A stretch of DNA of 64,000 nt from positions 1,033 through 65,032 of the forward strand of contig JBAZNZ010000009.1 in the NCBI GenBank assembly GCA_041648975.1. Reading direction: 5' to 3'. Of the stretch, positions 18,742-26,501 are shown in pieces; position 1 is the stretch's first letter, and the number at the start of each line of letters is the position of its first letter. The DNA is from Candidatus Omnitrophota bacterium. GTDB taxonomy: Bacteria > Omnitrophota > Gorgyraeia > 2-01-FULL-45-10. Both the position numbers and the translations under genes were made by a program. The notes below the pieces were generated by a model that had not been told where the DNA came from, did no database searches, and was given only the letters and a program-made list of their open reading frames with translations.

Positions 18742-19680
18742 ATGACATCCATAGAATTAACTGCGCCTGCTAAAGTAAACCTCGTCCTAAAGATCCTCGG
18801 CAAGCGAAAAGACTCCTATCACAATATCTATACTCTATTTGAGAAGATATCCCTTTGCGACCGTATACGGATAACAAAGATTCGGGAAGGCATTATCGTC
18901 TCTTCGGATAGATTTATTACGCGTAGCCCTAAAGATAACCTGGTGTATAAAGCCGCCAAGCTGTTTCTGGGGCGCCATAAGCTGAAATACGGCGTAAAGA
19001 TAGACATTAAGAAGAAGATACCGATAGCGGGCGGCCTTGGCGGAGGCAGTTCGGACGCCGCAAGTGTCCTTATGGGAATGGACAGGCTGTTCGGGTTGAA
19101 GATAGGCAGAGCCGGATTGTTAAGTCTTGCCGCCAGGCTGGGTTCCGACGTCCCGTTCTTTATCCTGGACGTACCGTTTGCCGTCGGCAGGGGCCGGGGA
19201 GAGCGTCTGGAGAAGGCTGATGTAAGAAAACGCCTCTGGCACTTGATAATCTATCCCGGTTTCAAGGTATCCACAAAGGATGTTTACGAGGCTTTTGACG
19301 CCCATCAAGAGGCCTTGGTCCCTCGCCGGGGCTCGGGATCAAGGCCTGAGCATTTGCCGAAGGCCTTGACAACACGCCATTGCGGTGATAGAATAATCCG
19401 TCAATCGGCGGGTTCTATGGACTTTGGCGAGATCGAATCTATGCTTTACAACGACCTTGAAGAGACGGTTATAGCTAAAAAAGAGACGATCGGTAAGGTA
19501 ATAGAACGCTTGGCTTCTTCTCTAAACAAGAAAGCGATTGTATCGGGAAGCGGGCCAAGCGTATTTTGTCTCTATAGGGACGGAAAGGAGGCGCTCGCCG
19601 CTAAAAGAAGGCTTTTGGGTAGCCTGCCGGCGCCTGAACGGGCAAGCTGGCAGGTATTTGTCGCGAAAACAGAGAAATAA
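18742..19680 (+). CDS. ispE: 4-diphosphocytidyl-2-C-methyl-D-erythritol kinase
   Basis: LTAPAKVNLVLKILGKR N-terminus and GHMP-kinase motif PIAGGLGGGSSDAA. The ATG at 18742 is preferred over the longer upstream ORF-track extension. Confidence 0.85.
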   Translation: MTSIELTAPAKVNLVLKILGKRKDSYHNIYTLFEKISLCDRIRITKIREGIIVSSDRFITRSPKDNLVYKAAKLFLGRHKLKYGVKIDIKKKIPIAGGLGGGSSDAASVLMGMDRLFGLKIGRAGLLSLAARLGSDVPFFILDVPFAVGRGRGERLEKADVRKRLWHLIIYPGFKVSTKDVYEAFDAHQEALVPRRGSGSRPEHLPKALTTRHCGDRIIRQSAGSMDFGEIESMLYNDLEETVIAKKETIGKVIERLASSLNKKAIVSGSGPSVFCLYRDGKEALAAKRRLLGSLPAPERASWQVFVAKTEK

Positions 19681-19775
19681 GGTAAGTAATGTTAATTTGA
19701 GGAATTTGCGCCTCGGCAATCAAAATATTGCCTCGGCATAAATTTTTCTTCGAAAAATTTAGGAGCTTATACACC

Positions 19776-20270
19776 ATGGAGATCACGGAGATAAAGATTT
19801 TTATGAAAGAAGGGCAGGACAAGAAGCTAAAGGCTTACGCGACGCTTACGCTCGATAACGCGTTCGTCGTCAGGAACGTGAAGGTCATAGAAGGCACAAA
19901 AGGCCTCTTCGTCGCTATGCCTTCCAGGAAGATAAAAGAGCCTTGCCCTAAGTGCGGTTTCAGGAATGCGGTGAGGAGCAAATACTGCAACCAGTGCGGC
20001 GGTAGCCTCCCGCAGAGCCACGAGCCCAGGCCGGTTCAGCCGGGAGAAGATATGGCAAGACAGTCGGAGCACAAGGATATCGCGCATCCGATAACCGCGG
20101 AATGCAGGGACTACATACAGAAGAAAGTCCTGGATGCTTACGAGAATGAAAAAACGAAAGGTCCTTCGACTCGACCGAGCGCTCCGTCAACCGTTCCACA
20201 GAGCGCCCCGCAGCACAGGGGCCCTCACGCTATCGGAGACGTCGAGGAGGATAACGATATAGAGTTATAA
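19776..20270 (+). CDS. spoVG: SpoVG-family protein with an inserted C4 zinc ribbon and extended C-terminus
   Basis: MEITEIKIF...GLFVAMPSRK ... DIAHPITAE match the SpoVG core. Roughly 42 extra residues carrying CPKC...CNQC lie between those blocks. An AGGAG ribosome-binding site sits 10 nt upstream of the ATG at 19776. Confidence 0.75.
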   Translation: MEITEIKIFMKEGQDKKLKAYATLTLDNAFVVRNVKVIEGTKGLFVAMPSRKIKEPCPKCGFRNAVRSKYCNQCGGSLPQSHEPRPVQPGEDMARQSEHKDIAHPITAECRDYIQKKVLDAYENEKTKGPSTRPSAPSTVPQSAPQHRGPHAIGDVEEDNDIEL

Positions 20271-20321
20271 GACAGTTCAGCAAGTCAGTTTGCAACATCC
20301 CGAGGCCTATGGCCGAGGGAT

Positions 20322-20546
20322 AAAATTTTTCGCTCCACCACAGGGCAGCTTAACGGCAGGCGCCCTTTCGGCTAATTTTGCCGTCAAGAGTATTTGAGTT
20401 TGATAGTAGTTATATATTTTTTTATCTTGCCGTTATGGATACAACGGTTTAAAGAGTTTAGATTATGGTGCAGCCTCGGCAAAATATGACGCCTCAAGGG
20501 CTACCTGCCGTTATCTGCCCTTGCAGTCAGAGTGAAGAAATTTTAC
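20322..20546 (+). mobile_element. MITE-like element copy A (~225 bp, ~65-bp terminal inverted repeats)
   Basis: Left end AAAATTTTTCGCTCCACCACAGGGCAGCTTAACGGCAGGCGCCCTTTCGGCTAATTTTGCC; right end is its inverted complement ...GGCAAAATATGACGCCTCAAGGGCTACCTGCCGTTATCTGCCCTTGCAG..GTGAAGAAATTTT. Confidence 0.6.
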
Positions 20547-20778
20547 TGGAGAGGCGGGGCGGCTGGTAAGACGTTATCAAAATTTACGGCTCCCGCCTGC
20601 CAGCGAGAGACTGCTTCAGGCGGGCAGGCAACCCACGTGGCCGGTTGCCGTCGTCGCCATAATAGAGCGAAAAAATTTTGTCTGGGAGGACAAGGAAAAT
20701 TTCGCTCCAGCAACGACCCAAAAGTTCTGCCATCTGACGGGCCGAAAAATTATATCGGAGGAACAAGTTGGATGGGAT

Positions 20779-20852
20779 TGCCCGGTGGTGTAATGGTAGC
20801 ACACCAGCCTTTGGAGCTGTGGGTCCTGGTTCGAATCCAGGCTGGGCAACCA
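20779..20852 (+). tRNA. tRNA-Gln (anticodon UUG)
   Basis: Cloverleaf folded by eye. Acceptor stem TGCCCGG/CTGGGCA with U1-A72 as in bacterial tRNA-Gln; anticodon loop CTTTGGA; T-arm GGTTCGAATCC; 3' CCA encoded. Confidence 0.85.
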
Positions 20853-20974
20853 AATTTCGCCTGAGTTAGACTACGACGAAATTTGATCCTGAGAACGCGA
20901 CGAATAGGAGCGTTCGAAGGACCTGATCAGTTCATGAGTAACTGTTGAAGTCGAAGAACAATAAAGAACATTTT

Positions 20975-22243
20975 ATGAAAAACATAACAGCGATTATACT
21001 TGCGGCGGGAAGAGGGACGAGGATGAAGTCCGACGTACCTAAGGTCCTTCATAAGATACTGGGGCGTCCTATCATCTCTTATGTGCTTGACGCTGTCGGG
21101 GACGCCGGTATTTCCAAGACGGTGACCGTCGCCGGATTCGGTATCGACAGACTTAAAGAGTTGTTAGGGGAAGAGACTAAAGTCGTTATCCAGAGGAAGC
21201 TCCTCGGCAGCGGCGACGCGGTCAAGACGGCAAAGAGGGTCCTTGGGAAACATCCCGGCGATATCCTCGTTATCTGCGGAGATACGCCGCTTATCAAGCC
21301 CCGGACGATAAAGGATATCATCGAAAGGCATAAGGCCGCCGGGGCAAGCGCCACCCTTCTGACGGTCAGGTTAAAAGATCCCGCAGGCTACGGCAGGATA
21401 ATACGGTCGAACGCCGGCAAGATAGTAAAGATCATGGAAGAGGAAGACGCCCATTCTTACGGCGAAGTTGTTAACGAAATTAACGTCGGCACTTATTGTT
21501 TTAAGGCAAAAGACCTTTTTGAAGCGCTATCCGGTATAAGGCCCAATAACAGGAAGAAAGAATTTTTCCTGACCGACGTAATAGAAATTCTGGGTAAAAA
21601 AGGTTTGCCGGTAGAAGCGGTTTCGGCCAAAGACGCGAGCGAGATGATAGGCATAAATACGAGAAAAGACCTGGCTGTTGCTACGGCTACAGTCAAGAGC
21701 AGGATATTGAACGAGCTTATGGACGCAGGCGTTACGATAGAAGACCCGCTATCGACCGTAATATATCCGGGCGCGAAGATCGGCCGCGATACGGTCATTT
21801 ACGCAAATACATATATAGAATCGGATGTGGAGATAGGCGCCTCCTGCCTTATAGGCCCTTTTACGCGGCTAAGAAAAGGCGTGCGTATAGGCAACCGTGT
21901 TGAGGTGGGGAATTTTGTGGAGCTTGTCAGGACAGAAGTGGGCGACGATACAAAGGTAAAACATCATACTTATCTTGGAGATACTAAGTTAGGGAAGTCA
22001 GCCAATATCGGCGCCGGCGTCATTACGGCAAACTACGACGGGAAGAATAAGAATAGGACCATTATAGAAGACGGAGCTTTCATAGGCGTCGGGGCCAGGC
22101 TGATAGCGCCCCTGTCGATCGGCAAAGGCGCAGTCGTCGGAGCAGGGGCAGTCGTGCCTAAGAACCACGATGTCCCGAAAGGCGCGACGGTGTTGGGCGT
22201 GCCGGCGAGGATATTAAAAAAAAGGTTACATAACGTTACGTAA
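20975..22243 (+). CDS. glmU: bifunctional UDP-N-acetylglucosamine pyrophosphorylase / glucosamine-1-phosphate N-acetyltransferase
   Basis: AIILAAGRGTRM nucleotidyltransferase motif followed by a C-terminal left-handed beta-helix hexapeptide-repeat domain. The ATG at 20975 is preferred over the TTG at 20945. Confidence 0.85.
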   Translation: MKNITAIILAAGRGTRMKSDVPKVLHKILGRPIISYVLDAVGDAGISKTVTVAGFGIDRLKELLGEETKVVIQRKLLGSGDAVKTAKRVLGKHPGDILVICGDTPLIKPRTIKDIIERHKAAGASATLLTVRLKDPAGYGRIIRSNAGKIVKIMEEEDAHSYGEVVNEINVGTYCFKAKDLFEALSGIRPNNRKKEFFLTDVIEILGKKGLPVEAVSAKDASEMIGINTRKDLAVATATVKSRILNELMDAGVTIEDPLSTVIYPGAKIGRDTVIYANTYIESDVEIGASCLIGPFTRLRKGVRIGNRVEVGNFVELVRTEVGDDTKVKHHTYLGDTKLGKSANIGAGVITANYDGKNKNRTIIEDGAFIGVGARLIAPLSIGKGAVVGAGAVVPKNHDVPKGATVLGVPARILKKRLHNVT

Positions 22244-22325
22244 GGTTAGCGAAGGTTACGTAACGTTAATAAAACTCAAGCAACCTTACATAACCTTAAT
22301 TAACTTTCACTACCATTACGTAACA
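22214..22325. repeat. word-built hairpin (TTACGTAA words) overlapping the glmU 3' end
   Basis: AAGGTTACATAACGTTACGTAAGGTTAGCGAAGGTTACGTAACGTTAAT ... AACCTTACATAACCTTAATTAAC..CATTACGTAACAT; the glmU stop codon TAA is part of a TTACGTAA word. Confidence 0.65.
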
Positions 22326-22336
22326 TAAAAAGGGGT

Positions 22337-23284
22337 TTGACCATGAAAAATCACCTGCTAATATTCAGCGGTAATTCAAACAAGAAGCTTACCGTCGACA
22401 TCTGTAAATATCTGGGGGTGGAGCTGGGCGACGCGTCGCTCGACACTTTCTCCGACGGAGAGATCCGATTCAAGATAAACGAGAACGTCCGCGGACATGA
22501 TGTATTCGTGGTCCAGTCGACGTGTTCCCCGACGAATGATTATCTCATGGAGCTCCTAATCATGATAGACGCGCTCAAACGGTCTTCGGCCCGGCGCATA
22601 ACCGCGGTATTGCCGTATTTCGGTTACGCCAGACAGGACAGGAAAGACCAGCCGCGCGTCCCGATAACGGCGAAGCTCGTCGCTAACCTGCTCACCCAGG
22701 CCGGCGCCGACAGGGTGCTTACGATAGACCTGCACGCCGGGCAGATCCAGGGCTTCTTTGACATACCGCTCGACCACCTCTTCGCTTTTAAATTAATGAC
22801 CGACCATATTAAAAAGATGAAATTGGATAAGAATATCGTAGTAGTCTCGCCCGACGTCGGCGGCATAAAGACTGCCAGGGCCTACGCCAAAGGGCTTAAA
22901 CGCAACCTCGCCATCGTCGATAAAAGGCGCGTCAATGATAAAGAGGCGGAAGTGATGCATATAATGGGAGACGTCAAGGGTAAGGACGTTGTGCTTGTGG
23001 ATGACATGGTGGCTACCGCAGGTTCTCTCGTTGAGGCCGTCGAAGCGCTGAAGAAGGAAGGGGCCAATGATGTTTACGCGGCTATTACCCATCCGGTCCT
23101 TTGCGGCCCGGCAATAGAGAGACTTAAGAGATCGGCGCTTAAAGAATTGATCGTTACCGATACCATACCTATAGGCAAAGAGAAGGCGATTAAGAACATT
23201 AAAGTCCTGTCTGTCGCCCCGCTTCTGGGGGAGGCGATAAAGAGGATACATGAAGAAGAATCGATAAGCGTGTTGTTTAACTGA
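22337..23284 (+). CDS. prs: ribose-phosphate pyrophosphokinase
   Basis: 315-aa ORF with the PRPP-binding motif VLVDDMVATAGS. Confidence 0.9.
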   Translation: MTMKNHLLIFSGNSNKKLTVDICKYLGVELGDASLDTFSDGEIRFKINENVRGHDVFVVQSTCSPTNDYLMELLIMIDALKRSSARRITAVLPYFGYARQDRKDQPRVPITAKLVANLLTQAGADRVLTIDLHAGQIQGFFDIPLDHLFAFKLMTDHIKKMKLDKNIVVVSPDVGGIKTARAYAKGLKRNLAIVDKRRVNDKEAEVMHIMGDVKGKDVVLVDDMVATAGSLVEAVEALKKEGANDVYAAITHPVLCGPAIERLKRSALKELIVTDTIPIGKEKAIKNIKVLSVAPLLGEAIKRIHEEESISVLFN

Positions 23285-23320
23285 AATTACCACTGATGGG
23301 TAAAAAGGAGAGAGTTACAC

Positions 23321-24040
23321 ATGGAAAAGGTGATACTGAAAGCGGAAGTCAGGACTGAAACAGGCAAGAGAATAGCGAAAGACCTTAGGGCAAAAGGCCT
23401 TATACCGGCAAATGTTTACAGGCAAGGCAAGGCGGCGCTGAGCCTCCAGGTCGCCAACGTCGAGTTGAAGGATGTCCTGCATACGTCGGCCGGAGAGAAC
23501 GTTATCATAACGCTGAAGATATCCGGAGGCGCGGTCACTATTAAGGATAAGACCGTGTTGATAAAGGAGATACAGCGTGAGCCTATAAAGGACAGTGTCC
23601 TTCATGTCGATTTCAATGAGATATCGTTGACAGAGACGTTGAAGGTTGACGTTCCCATTACCGCCCATGGCGAGCCTGTCGGCGTAAAAGTGGACGGCGG
23701 TATCCTGGAACACGTTATGAGAGAACTGCAGGTGGAATGTCTGCCTACAGATATACCCGAGAAGATAGAGGTGGAGATCTCGTCGTTGAAGATAGGGGAC
23801 GCCGTGTACGTGAAGAGCGTAAAGGTGCCTGATGGCGTCAAGGTCCTTAATGATCCGGAATTGATAGTCATGATAGTGAAGCCTCCTAAGGTAGAGGCTC
23901 CGAAAGAGGAAGTCGCCGCTGAAGGCGCGGCGGAACCGGAGCTTATCCGCAAGAAGAAAGAGGAAGAAGCCGGTGAAGGCGAGGAAGGGGCCGCTCCGAA
24001 AGAAGGCGAAAAAGGCCCGGCTAAAGAAGAGAAGAAATAG
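23321..24040 (+). CDS. rplY: ribosomal protein bL25 / general stress protein Ctc
   Basis: bL25 core followed by a K/E-rich C-terminal tail; 239 aa. Confidence 0.85.
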   Translation: MEKVILKAEVRTETGKRIAKDLRAKGLIPANVYRQGKAALSLQVANVELKDVLHTSAGENVIITLKISGGAVTIKDKTVLIKEIQREPIKDSVLHVDFNEISLTETLKVDVPITAHGEPVGVKVDGGILEHVMRELQVECLPTDIPEKIEVEISSLKIGDAVYVKSVKVPDGVKVLNDPELIVMIVKPPKVEAPKEEVAAEGAAEPELIRKKKEEEAGEGEEGAAPKEGEKGPAKEEKK

Positions 24041-24051
24041 AGGTTAAGTGT

Positions 24052-24630
24052 ATGAAATTCATAGTCGGCCTCGGTAATCCGGGGATGGAGTACCGTTCCA
24101 CAAAACACAATATGGGTTCTGCGGTAGTAAAGGCCCTGGCGAAAGAGAACCATATCAGGATAAACCAGAAACTCCACTTTTCGCTTGTGGGCAGAGGAAA
24201 AATATCCGGAGAGGATGCAGTGCTGGTCCTTCCCGAGACATACATGAACCTATCGGGCCATGCTGTCGGCGAGCTCTTCAGATGCGAGGTAAAAGACGTG
24301 AACGACCTCATTATCATATGCGACGACATAAACCTGGAGTTGGGTAAGATAAGGCTTAAGACGCACGGATCCTCCGGAGGGCATAAAGGACTGGAATCGA
24401 TAGTGGCCACTCTGCGCCGCGACGATTTTCCGCGCCTGCGCGTAGGAATAGCCACGGAAGTTCACAAAGGCGATATAACGAACTACGTCCTTAGTCCTTT
24501 CAAACGCAAGGAGATGCGTAATGTGACGCATGTGATATCGTTGGCATCCGACGCCATTACCTGCCTTGTCGGGAAGGGTATCGATATAGCTATGAATAAG
24601 TTCAATAAAAGGAAAGTCGGCACGTCATAG
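24052..24630 (+). CDS. pth: peptidyl-tRNA hydrolase
   Basis: FIVGLGNPG N-terminus and the catalytic His region; 192 aa. Confidence 0.9.
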   Translation: MKFIVGLGNPGMEYRSTKHNMGSAVVKALAKENHIRINQKLHFSLVGRGKISGEDAVLVLPETYMNLSGHAVGELFRCEVKDVNDLIIICDDINLELGKIRLKTHGSSGGHKGLESIVATLRRDDFPRLRVGIATEVHKGDITNYVLSPFKRKEMRNVTHVISLASDAITCLVGKGIDIAMNKFNKRKVGTS

Positions 24631-24656
24631 AAGTTGAAGAGCGAAGCAGAATGTCT

Positions 24657-24685
24657 TTGATTTCTTGTTTATGTTGTGGTAGTAT
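24657..24685 (+). promoter_or_regulatory. rpsF-operon promoter TTGATT-17-TAGTAT with TGn extended -10
   Basis: TTGATTtcttgtttatgttgTGgTAGTAT; followed by a 5' UTR carrying an AAGGAGAGG ribosome-binding site. Confidence 0.5.
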
Positions 24686-24716
24686 CATTGAATGATCAAT
24701 AAGGAGAGGATAGGTA

Positions 24717-24998
24717 ATGAATAATTACGAAGGGCTTTTCATAATAAAACCCGAGCTTAAAGAAGAAGACGTCAAGAACGTATTTAAGGCAATAGGCGAC
24801 GCCGTGGTAAAGAACGGCGGCAATGTAAAGAAAGAAGAAAGCTGGGGCAAGCGGCAGCTCGTCTATCCGGTTAAAAAACTCAAGGAAGGCTACTATTACA
24901 AGCTCGATTTTGAGGCTCCCGCAAGCGCTGTCTCAAAGCTGGAAGGCGTATGTAAGCTTAACGACGATATATTAAGGACGATGATAACGCGGAGATAG
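24717..24998 (+). CDS. rpsF: ribosomal protein bS6
   Basis: 93-aa ORF with N-terminal NNYEGLFII; AAGGAGAGG ribosome-binding site upstream. Confidence 0.9.
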   Translation: MNNYEGLFIIKPELKEEDVKNVFKAIGDAVVKNGGNVKKEESWGKRQLVYPVKKLKEGYYYKLDFEAPASAVSKLEGVCKLNDDILRTMITRR

Positions 24999-25000
24999 TT

Positions 25001-25480
25001 ATGGCAAATCTCAATAAGGTCTTTCTGATAGGGAATTTAACAAGGGATCCGGAGCTCCGCTACATACCCAGCGGATCGGCCGTAGCTACGTTTACCGTAG
25101 CCGTAAATAGGGTATTCAAAAGCCAGACAGGCGAAAAGAAAGAGCAGACCTCTTTTCTCAGGGTCGTAGTATGGGGGCGCCGCGCGGAGGTGTGCGGCGA
25201 GTATCTGTCGAAAGGAAGCCCCGTATTCGTGGAGGGGCGGCTGCAGTCGAGGGATTGGCAAACGCAGGACGGCCAGAAGCGGAATACCGTTGAGGTCGTC
25301 GCAGATAATATACAATTCTTAAGGATGGGCAAAACCGCGGGTCAGGGGACTTCAGAGGCGCCCGGACCTATGCCGGAGGATATCGCCACCATCAACCTCA
25401 GCGAAGAGGCTGAACCGCAGGCGAACGGGAAACCCTCCAGCCAGGCTAATTCAAGCCCAAGCGATGAAGTGCCGTTTTAG
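25001..25480 (+). CDS. ssb: single-stranded DNA-binding protein
   Basis: OB-fold region (NKVFLIGNLTRDPELRY) and an acidic C-terminal ...DEVPF tail. Confidence 0.9.
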   Translation: MANLNKVFLIGNLTRDPELRYIPSGSAVATFTVAVNRVFKSQTGEKKEQTSFLRVVVWGRRAEVCGEYLSKGSPVFVEGRLQSRDWQTQDGQKRNTVEVVADNIQFLRMGKTAGQGTSEAPGPMPEDIATINLSEEAEPQANGKPSSQANSSPSDEVPF

Positions 25481-25490
25481 AGTCAGACCG

Positions 25491-25570
25491 AGTTTAGTTA
25501 ATTGCGTTTATTGGGTTTGTTGGGTTAACGCAATGAACGCAAAAAACGCAACGAACACAATAAACTAACA
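25491..25570. repeat. word-built hairpin (AACGCAA words)
   Basis: AGTTTAGTTAATTGCGTTTATTGGGTTTGTTGGGTTAACGCAATGAACGCAAAAAACGCAACGAACACAATAAACTAACA; shares the word AACGCAATGAACGCAA with the hairpin at 14991. Confidence 0.65.
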
Positions 25571-25591
25571 AGGATATAACGAGGAGAAAAA

Positions 25592-25876
25592 ATGTTTAAA
25601 CCTTTCAATAAGCCGAAAACGGGTAGGGACGGTAAGCGCGTCAAGAAGGACCCTAAGAAGAAAAAGATATTTAAGAAGAGGCCGTGCAGATTCTGCAATG
25701 ATAAGGTAGAGAACCTCGATTATCTCGAATATATGAGGTTCCAGAAATTCCTGACTGAGAGAGGCAAGATCATGCCTTCGAGGATCTCGGGAAACTGCGC
25801 AAAACACCAGAGACAGCTTGCGAAGGCCATCAGGAAAGCCCGCATCATGGCGCTGCTGCCTTTTGTGGCTGAATAG
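25592..25876 (+). CDS. rpsR: ribosomal protein bS18
   Basis: 94-aa ORF containing the CRFC..IDY motif. Confidence 0.9.
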   Translation: MFKPFNKPKTGRDGKRVKKDPKKKKIFKKRPCRFCNDKVENLDYLEYMRFQKFLTERGKIMPSRISGNCAKHQRQLAKAIRKARIMALLPFVAE

Positions 25877-25908
25877 TAGAGTTAGAGCATAGATACAATG
25901 AGGAGAAC

Positions 25909-26352
25909 ATGAAAGTTATACTTACACAGAACGTCGATAGGATCGGTTCTATAGGGGACGTCGTTACGGTTAAAGAGGGCTTCGCCAGGAACTTTCTAAT
26001 CCCAAGTAACAAGGCAAAAGAAGCCACTCCGGGGAACATGAAGATACTCGATCTTTTGAAGAAGAAGAAAGCCTCGGAAGAGGCTAAGATAATAGACGCG
26101 GCCAAAAAGATAGCCGATAAGATCTCCAACCTCTCGCTTACTATAGCCGCGCAGGCGGGCGAAGAAGAAAAATTATTCGGATCTGTGTCGAATGACGATA
26201 TCGCCTCCGCTCTCGCCGGAGAAGGCATAGAGGTGGATAAGAGGGGCATCCAGCTGGAAGAGCCCATAAAGAAGCTTGGAGTATATCAGGTCATAGTCAA
26301 GGTCCATCCGGAAGTGAAGGCGAACCTTAGAGTGTGGGTAGTTAAAAAGTAG
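25909..26352 (+). CDS. rplI: ribosomal protein bL9
   Basis: MKVILTQNVDRIGSIGDVVTVKEGFARNFLIP N-terminus; 147 aa. Confidence 0.9.
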   Translation: MKVILTQNVDRIGSIGDVVTVKEGFARNFLIPSNKAKEATPGNMKILDLLKKKKASEEAKIIDAAKKIADKISNLSLTIAAQAGEEEKLFGSVSNDDIASALAGEGIEVDKRGIQLEEPIKKLGVYQVIVKVHPEVKANLRVWVVKK

Positions 26353-26356
26353 ACAG

Positions 26357-26498
26357 CTTTGTGTAAAGTTTTATGTGTAATGTGTAATGTTGGTGTAATG
26401 TAGCTATGTGTAATGGAAAATTCGCTCTGTCTAATCTTTTTACATTAAACAATAACCCATTAAACTCGCTTTACACATTACACATTTAACATTACACA
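26357..26498. repeat. word-built hairpin (GTGTAATG/CATTACAC words), ~140 bp
   Basis: GTGTAAAGTTTTATGTGTAATGTGTAATGTTGGTGTAATGTAGCTATGTGTAATGG ... CTTTACACATTACACATTTAACATTACACAAA; lies between rplI and dnaB. Confidence 0.65.
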
Positions 26499-26501
26499 AA
26501 A

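Noticed and set aside
20532-20864. 110-aa ORF in the ORF track (MKKFYWRGGAAGKT...)
   Set aside because: It is a GTG-started frame running through MITE-flank repeats and the entire tRNA-Gln gene. It has no ribosome-binding site and no protein-like composition, so it is an artefact.
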